Assembly (NCBI GenBank): GCA_048887225.1
Contig: JBHLJY010000005.1
Coordinates: forward strand, 96,001 to 160,000
Reading direction: 5' to 3'
Source of the DNA: Candidatus Hodarchaeota archaeon
Lineage (GTDB): Archaea; Asgardarchaeota; Lokiarchaeia; Sigyniarchaeales; SOKP01
Length of the DNA stretch: 64,000 bases
In this document: positions 59,005 to 64,000 of the stretch, piece by piece
Position numbering within the stretch: the first letter of the stretch is position 1
Layout: every line of letters starts with the position of its first letter
Made by a program: the position numbers and the translations under genes
Notes under the pieces: generated by a model
What the model was told of the DNA's origin: nothing
The model's input: the letters and a program-made list of their open reading frames with translations, nothing else
Databases searched by the model: none

Positions 59005-60186
59005 ATGGCAGATAATAATAACTTATATTCAAAATTAGGCGTATCGTCAAGAAAAGAAGATGTCTATGAGGCCATTAAATCAATCGATAAAGGTCTGTTC
59101 CCAGGAGCTTTTTGTAAAATAATAGAGGATATAGCAGGTAGAGACGATTATTGTTCTGTTTTTCACGCCGATGGAGCAGGCACAAAAGCAAGTTTGGCGT
59201 ATATGTATTACAAAGAAACAGGCGACATTTCAGTTTTTAAGGGTATTGTTAAAGACGCAATGATAATGAATATTGATGATTTTTTATGCGTAGGTGCTAC
59301 TGGTAATGTATTTTTTTCAAATAATCTCGGAAGGAACAGTAAATTCATTAAAGGAGATGTGGTTGGCACAATCATAAAAGAATATCACGATTACAGCAAA
59401 AAATTAACTTCACTCGGCTTGAATGTTACTATATGTGGGGGAGAAACTGCTGATGTAGCAGATTTAGTTAAAACTCTTATTGTTGACGCCTCAGCATTCA
59501 CTATTATGAAAAGAGAGGATATAATTGATGCAAGTAATATAAAACCTGCCGATGTTATTGTAGGTTTAGCGAGTTACGGAAAAGCCTCTTATGAGGAGGA
59601 ATTTAATAGTGGGATTGGAAGTAATGGATTAACATTAGCCAAGCATGGTACACTCAGCCATGAATATTATAAGAAATATCCAGAATGTTACGATCAAAAT
59701 CTTGACGAGAAATATATTTTTTTTGGTAAACATCGGTTAACAGATACGATTGACGACCTTAAATTAAATATTGGAAAAGCATTATTATCACCGACGCGAA
59801 CATATTCACCAGTCATTCTAGATGTTTTAAAAAATTATAGAAATGATATTCATGGGATAATCCATAATACTGGTGGTGGGCAAACAAAAATTCTAAATTT
59901 TGGTAATGGTATTAAATATATTAAAAATAACTTATTTCAAATTCCTAAAATATTTGAAATAATTCAGCAATCGTCCGGAACTCATTGGAAAGAAATGTAT
60001 AGCGTATTTAATATGGGACATAGAATGGAGTTATTATGTAATGAATTAATAGCACCAGAAATTATTAAAATCACGAAAAAATATAATATTGATTCCAAAA
60101 TTATTGGACATTGCGAAAAATCCCCAATGAAAGGTAAAAATGTTTTAGAGATAAAGTCAGAATTTGGTTCTTTTAAATATGATTAG
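59005..60186 (+). CDS. purM: AIR synthase (phosphoribosylformylglycinamidine cyclo-ligase)
   Basis: HADGAGTK, MNIDD..CVG, GGETAD, GSNGLT, LLSPTRTY, HNTGGG, VFNMGHR. Confidence 0.88.
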   Translation: MADNNNLYSKLGVSSRKEDVYEAIKSIDKGLFPGAFCKIIEDIAGRDDYCSVFHADGAGTKASLAYMYYKETGDISVFKGIVKDAMIMNIDDFLCVGATGNVFFSNNLGRNSKFIKGDVVGTIIKEYHDYSKKLTSLGLNVTICGGETADVADLVKTLIVDASAFTIMKREDIIDASNIKPADVIVGLASYGKASYEEEFNSGIGSNGLTLAKHGTLSHEYYKKYPECYDQNLDEKYIFFGKHRLTDTIDDLKLNIGKALLSPTRTYSPVILDVLKNYRNDIHGIIHNTGGGQTKILNFGNGIKYIKNNLFQIPKIFEIIQQSSGTHWKEMYSVFNMGHRMELLCNELIAPEIIKITKKYNIDSKIIGHCEKSPMKGKNVLEIKSEFGSFKYD

Positions 60187-60197
60187 GGGATTAAAAA

Positions 60198-61154
60198 ATG
60201 ATTAAAAATTTGGATGTAATTTGTATAGGTGCAGCTCTTGTTGACATGGTTGCTAATGTAGAGAGGCATCCCCTAGAAGATGATGAAGTTTTTGTATCAG
60301 ATTTAAAGTTATTATCAGGAGGAGCGGCTGCCAATACTGCTTATGCGTGCGCTAAATTAGGATTGAAGACTGCGTTTATTGGAAAGTTAGGCCATAATGA
60401 TGAATTTGGAAATAAAATTATTAGCGATTTTAAAGAAGTTTCCGTGGATACATCGCTAATAAAATATTCTAATAATTATGGTACGGGATCGGCTTATGTT
60501 GCTTTAAATTCTGAGGGAAATAGGAGGATTTATGCACATAGTGGAGCTGCAAATTATCTTTCAAAAGATGATATAATAACTGAAGAGTTATTAAGAGGCA
60601 AGCTAATCTACTTAAGTAGTTTAAAAAATATAGAACCTTTTATTGAAGCCGCTGAAATTGGGAGAGAAAACTATATTCCCGTAATATTAAATCCTGGTAT
60701 GTTGATAATTGACCAAGGACTCGATAATATTATACAATTGTTTGAAAAAATTGATATACTTATATTATCTCAACGAGAATATATGACGCTTCTTAACATT
60801 CAAGGGCCAGAATTGAGGGAAGAAGTCATTTTAGATACATCAAATAATATTCTAAAATTAGGTATCAAAGTAATTATTATTACTATGGGTAGTAATGGTG
60901 CGTATTTACTAACTAAAAAAGATTCAGCAATAATTTCGGCAAAGAAAGTTAAAAATGTAATAGACACGACAGGGGCGGGTGATGCTTTTTCAGCAGGCTT
61001 TATTTTCAGATTTGTTCAACATTTAGGTTATGATTTTACGGAACTTAAATTTAACGTAGAATTTGGAAATCTTATTGCTGGAAGATGTATTCAAAAGTTA
61101 GGTGCCAGAAAGGGGATTCCTTCTCGTAAGGAATTTATGAATTTTATTGATTAA
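60198..61154 (+). CDS. PfkB-family carbohydrate/nucleoside kinase
   Basis: GGAAANTA, G.D.FG, DTTGAGDAFSAG. Confidence 0.92.
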   Translation: MIKNLDVICIGAALVDMVANVERHPLEDDEVFVSDLKLLSGGAAANTAYACAKLGLKTAFIGKLGHNDEFGNKIISDFKEVSVDTSLIKYSNNYGTGSAYVALNSEGNRRIYAHSGAANYLSKDDIITEELLRGKLIYLSSLKNIEPFIEAAEIGRENYIPVILNPGMLIIDQGLDNIIQLFEKIDILILSQREYMTLLNIQGPELREEVILDTSNNILKLGIKVIIITMGSNGAYLLTKKDSAIISAKKVKNVIDTTGAGDAFSAGFIFRFVQHLGYDFTELKFNVEFGNLIAGRCIQKLGARKGIPSRKEFMNFID

Positions 61155-61230
61155 AGTTAAACAAAAAAGTTTATAACTTTTTAATTAAATAATTTTTCAA
61201 TTAGAAACTTATGTTTTAATTACCACTCCA

Positions 61231-62292
61231 ATGGAGACTAGTAATAATACAAAGAATAAAATTGTAAATAATAGACTTAAGTTTTTTGCTGAAGTGGTAA
61301 TTGTATTTATAGGAATATTCTTATTTTTGCTTATTCCAATTATTTTACTTCAATTGTTTATAGAAAGGAATTCTACTTTTTATGGTCCTTTATATTATTT
61401 GCTAAGAGCCATATGTATTCTTATAGCGATTCCTCTCTTCCTATTTGTATCTAATATTATATTAAATTCCCAAGAAAAACAAATTATAGTCGAAAATGAA
61501 TCGAGCCCTGCTACTGCGCATTTTAAACTTTATTCTGTTACGGAAGGAGATTTTAAGGAACAATTATTATTTGCAGTTTTGATTTTATTCATAGTTTTCA
61601 TACCTTTAGATTTTCTTATTTATTTTTTAGTTCCTGAAATGCTTGAGTACACTGGTAATGTATTATCAACACAGACCACTGATACTTATTTATTACAAAG
61701 TTATTATATTTTTCTTATTTCAGTTATATTAATTCAAATTAGTGTTGCGATATACGAAGAATCACTCTCGAGAGGATTTTTAACAAAGAGAGGAAGCGAA
61801 TATTTCCATAAAATGTCTGCTGTAATTATATCCTCTTTATATTTTGGACTCATGCATTTTGCTTATTTCTTTAATCCTATAAGTAAAAATTATCCTATTT
61901 GGTTCCCTTTTATATGGTTTCTACAAACTTTTACTGTAGGGATAATGCTATCTATCTATATCTTAAAAAAAAAGAGATTATTTCCCGTAATTTTTGCCCA
62001 TGCTTTAAATAATATTATTTCTGCTCATGCTGTTTGGAATTATTTACAAGGAAACGATTTTAGTATAGTAGTAATTTACCTTTATCTTCCTTTATTAGTT
62101 ATCAGTGTGGCTTTGTTTATTTTGTATTTTCCAAGGATTAAACACGGAATTTCGACGGGATTTGATGAATTTAAGACATATTTTAAAAAAGATGAATCCA
62201 TAGGAGAATCTAAAGTAGATCTGTATTTTCGTATTTTCTTTGATTTTATCATGGGAGTTTTTATTTTAATTTTAGGCTTTTTATTAGTATGA
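61231..62292 (+). CDS. CPBP-family (Rce1/Abi) intramembrane glutamic protease
   Basis: Multi-TM; EESLSRG, FGLMH, HALNN. Confidence 0.85.
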   Translation: METSNNTKNKIVNNRLKFFAEVVIVFIGIFLFLLIPIILLQLFIERNSTFYGPLYYLLRAICILIAIPLFLFVSNIILNSQEKQIIVENESSPATAHFKLYSVTEGDFKEQLLFAVLILFIVFIPLDFLIYFLVPEMLEYTGNVLSTQTTDTYLLQSYYIFLISVILIQISVAIYEESLSRGFLTKRGSEYFHKMSAVIISSLYFGLMHFAYFFNPISKNYPIWFPFIWFLQTFTVGIMLSIYILKKKRLFPVIFAHALNNIISAHAVWNYLQGNDFSIVVIYLYLPLLVISVALFILYFPRIKHGISTGFDEFKTYFKKDESIGESKVDLYFRIFFDFIMGVFILILGFLLV

Positions 62293-62307
62293 GGGAGGAA
62301 TACTTAA

Positions 62308-62829
62308 ATGGTTAAATTCGGGATAATTTCTGATACTCACATTAAAAAAAATGATGATGCCATGAAAATTAATGATTTATTAAAGCAGATACAAAAAGTA
62401 TTTAATGATGTTGACGAAATTATTCACGCGGGTGATGTATGTGACGAGTTCTTTTTAGAAGACTTAAAGAAAATAGCCCCTACTAAATGTGTCAGAGGAA
62501 ATCTAGATAAAATTACCAATATAGAAGATTTTATTAGATTTTCTGCTGGTAAATATAATATCGGAGTAATTCATAATTTACCTGATGATGTTGAAGGTTT
62601 CTTTAAAGATAATAATTTACATATATTAATCTATGGACACACACATAAACCTATTATAAAAGGAACTCCATATAACACCTTAATTTTAAATCCAGGTTCC
62701 CCTACTAAACCTAAAGCGCCTCCAGCAAAAAGAGGTTTTGATAAGCCAATCGCAAGACCCAGTGTAATGATATTGGAAATTGATGAACAAGATTTTTTAA
62801 AATCTTTCATAATTAATATAAAAATTTAA
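62308..62829 (+). CDS. YfcE/MJ0936-family metallophosphoesterase
   Basis: ISDTH, HAGD, RGNLD, GHTH, NPGS. Confidence 0.9.
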   Translation: MVKFGIISDTHIKKNDDAMKINDLLKQIQKVFNDVDEIIHAGDVCDEFFLEDLKKIAPTKCVRGNLDKITNIEDFIRFSAGKYNIGVIHNLPDDVEGFFKDNNLHILIYGHTHKPIIKGTPYNTLILNPGSPTKPKAPPAKRGFDKPIARPSVMILEIDEQDFLKSFIINIKI

Positions 62830-62927
62830 TTCATATGTTTAAAACTATATATAGGATTTTAAACTTATATAGATCTTAGGAAAGTTAGGTAAAATATTCT
62901 TTCTAAATGAGATAAACTGTGCTAAAT

Positions 62928-64000
62928 ATGGTCGCTTCAAAACCTCTAACAATGAATTTACATAAAATTGGTCGAAAAGATTTTAGTAAGACTGGGAATA
63001 AGGCAGCTAATCTTGGAGAATTAATTCAAAATGGTTTTCTGGTTCCTGAAGGTTTTGTTGTCACAACTGAGGCCTATTCGATTTTTCTTAAACATAATAA
63101 TCTCAATGAATTGATTAAAAGTAATTTAGATAAGATTGATTATACTAATTATGAATCAATTCATTATAACGCCAAAGAAATTCAGGACGCAATCAAAAAA
63201 GGTAATTTCACTGCGGAATTACTTGAAGAAATCAAAAAGAAACATGATAAGTTATATCTTAATAATATAGCAGTGAGATCATCAGCAACTGCAGAAGATT
63301 TATTGACAGCTTCTTTTGCTGGGCAATATGATACTTTTCTCAATTTAAAAACTCTTAGTCAAGTAATTCAAAACATTAAAAATTGTTATGCATCTATCTG
63401 GACAAGTAGAGCGATCATATACCGGCATAAAAACAACATACCCCATATGGATGTTAAATTAGCTGTTATAGTACAAAAAATGATTCCGGCAAAATGCTCA
63501 GGTGTAATATTTACAATAAATCCAGTTTCAATAAAAAAAAACGAATTAGTAATCGAGTCTAATTATGGATTGGGTGAATCTATAGTATCTGGACAATGTT
63601 GTCCTGATCAATTCATGGTTAAGAAAAAGAGTCATCATGGAAAACAAGTATTTAAAATTCTTGATAAGCAAATAGGGAATAAAAAAATTGCTGTTTATCC
63701 AAAATCTTTAGAAAAAGAGAGTGGAACTACCCTTATTGAACTCTCTGAGCAAGAAAGCATGCAACCTTCGCTTGCTAATCAACAAATAATCAAGCTTTCG
63801 CAAATTGGTACTCAAGTAGAAAAATACTTTAAATATCCTCAAGATATTGAATGGGCTATTGATCAAGATAATAAAATCTATATCCTCCAAGCTAGACCAA
63901 TTACCTCGTTAGAAGCTATTATTCCTGAAGAAGGTATTTATTGGACTAGGGGGTATTCTGATGATTATTGGAATGATCCAGTTACACCTTTATTTTTCGA
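62928..64000 (+). CDS. PEP/pyruvate-binding (PPDK_N) domain protein, PEP synthase / rifampin phosphotransferase-like; runs off the window
   Basis: Hand translation from ATG 62928: GNKAANLGEL, VPEGF, AVRSSATAED..ASFAGQY, VQKMI, GLGESIVSG, QDIEWA, LQARPIT. Not in the ORF track because there is no stop. Confidence 0.88.
   Translation, partial: MVASKPLTMNLHKIGRKDFSKTGNKAANLGELIQNGFLVPEGFVVTTEAYSIFLKHNNLNELIKSNLDKIDYTNYESIHYNAKEIQDAIKKGNFTAELLEEIKKKHDKLYLNNIAVRSSATAEDLLTASFAGQYDTFLNLKTLSQVIQNIKNCYASIWTSRAIIYRHKNNIPHMDVKLAVIVQKMIPAKCSGVIFTINPVSIKKNELVIESNYGLGESIVSGQCCPDQFMVKKKSHHGKQVFKILDKQIGNKKIAVYPKSLEKESGTTLIELSEQESMQPSLANQQIIKLSQIGTQVEKYFKYPQDIEWAIDQDNKIYILQARPITSLEAIIPEEGIYWTRGYSDDYWNDPVTPLFF

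Noticed and set aside
61231-62292. CAAX protease acting on the Rab-like GTPases
   Set aside because: None of the three GTPases ends in a CaaX/CC motif, and CPBP proteases are widespread in prokaryotes.
62308-62829. Possible Vps29 (retromer) homolog
   Set aside because: All YfcE/MJ0936 metal-binding motifs are intact and no retromer partner is nearby, so an ordinary phosphoesterase is the simpler call.
1-64000. Selenoprotein TGA read-through/SECIS, CRISPR arrays, rRNA, IS elements
   Set aside because: The TGA stops I checked fall at plausible C-termini and the intergenic gaps are short. I saw no regularly spaced repeats, long GC-rich RNA genes or transposase motifs.

Overview
This is a low-GC, gene-dense window that looks like an Asgard archaeon of the Lokiarchaeia type. 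The evidence is a eukaryote-like actin (41632-42777), three Rab/Ras-like small GTPases with C-terminal Zn-ribbons and an SDS22-type LRR protein, set among archaeal informational genes (rpoD-rpl18e-rpl13-rps9, rpoK, EF-1beta, Sm, RIO2, Hef). It also carries bacterial-type mutS/mutL and anaerobic metabolism genes (porCDAB, iorAB). Most of the window is housekeeping, and I saw no CRISPR array, rRNA or transposase. Best candidate for an undescribed system: a tightly linked pair encoding a circularly permuted ATP-grasp amide ligase with TTL/YheCD-like motifs (10532-11974) and an M14 Zn-carboxypeptidase (11987-13147). This could be a peptide-tail (e.g. glutamylation) writer/eraser module. It lies downstream of a Clp1-like kinase and about 1 kb from a very acidic small protein. 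Other highlights: a tRNA-Val(CAC) with two non-canonical BHB introns (44/45 and 59/60); an 11-PAS histidine kinase splitting the por operon; two palindromes between actin and a divergent wHTH gene; a probable ATT-initiated gene; and a longin-like protein ending in a truncated GTPase. All assignments come from reading motifs by eye; no database searches were run.
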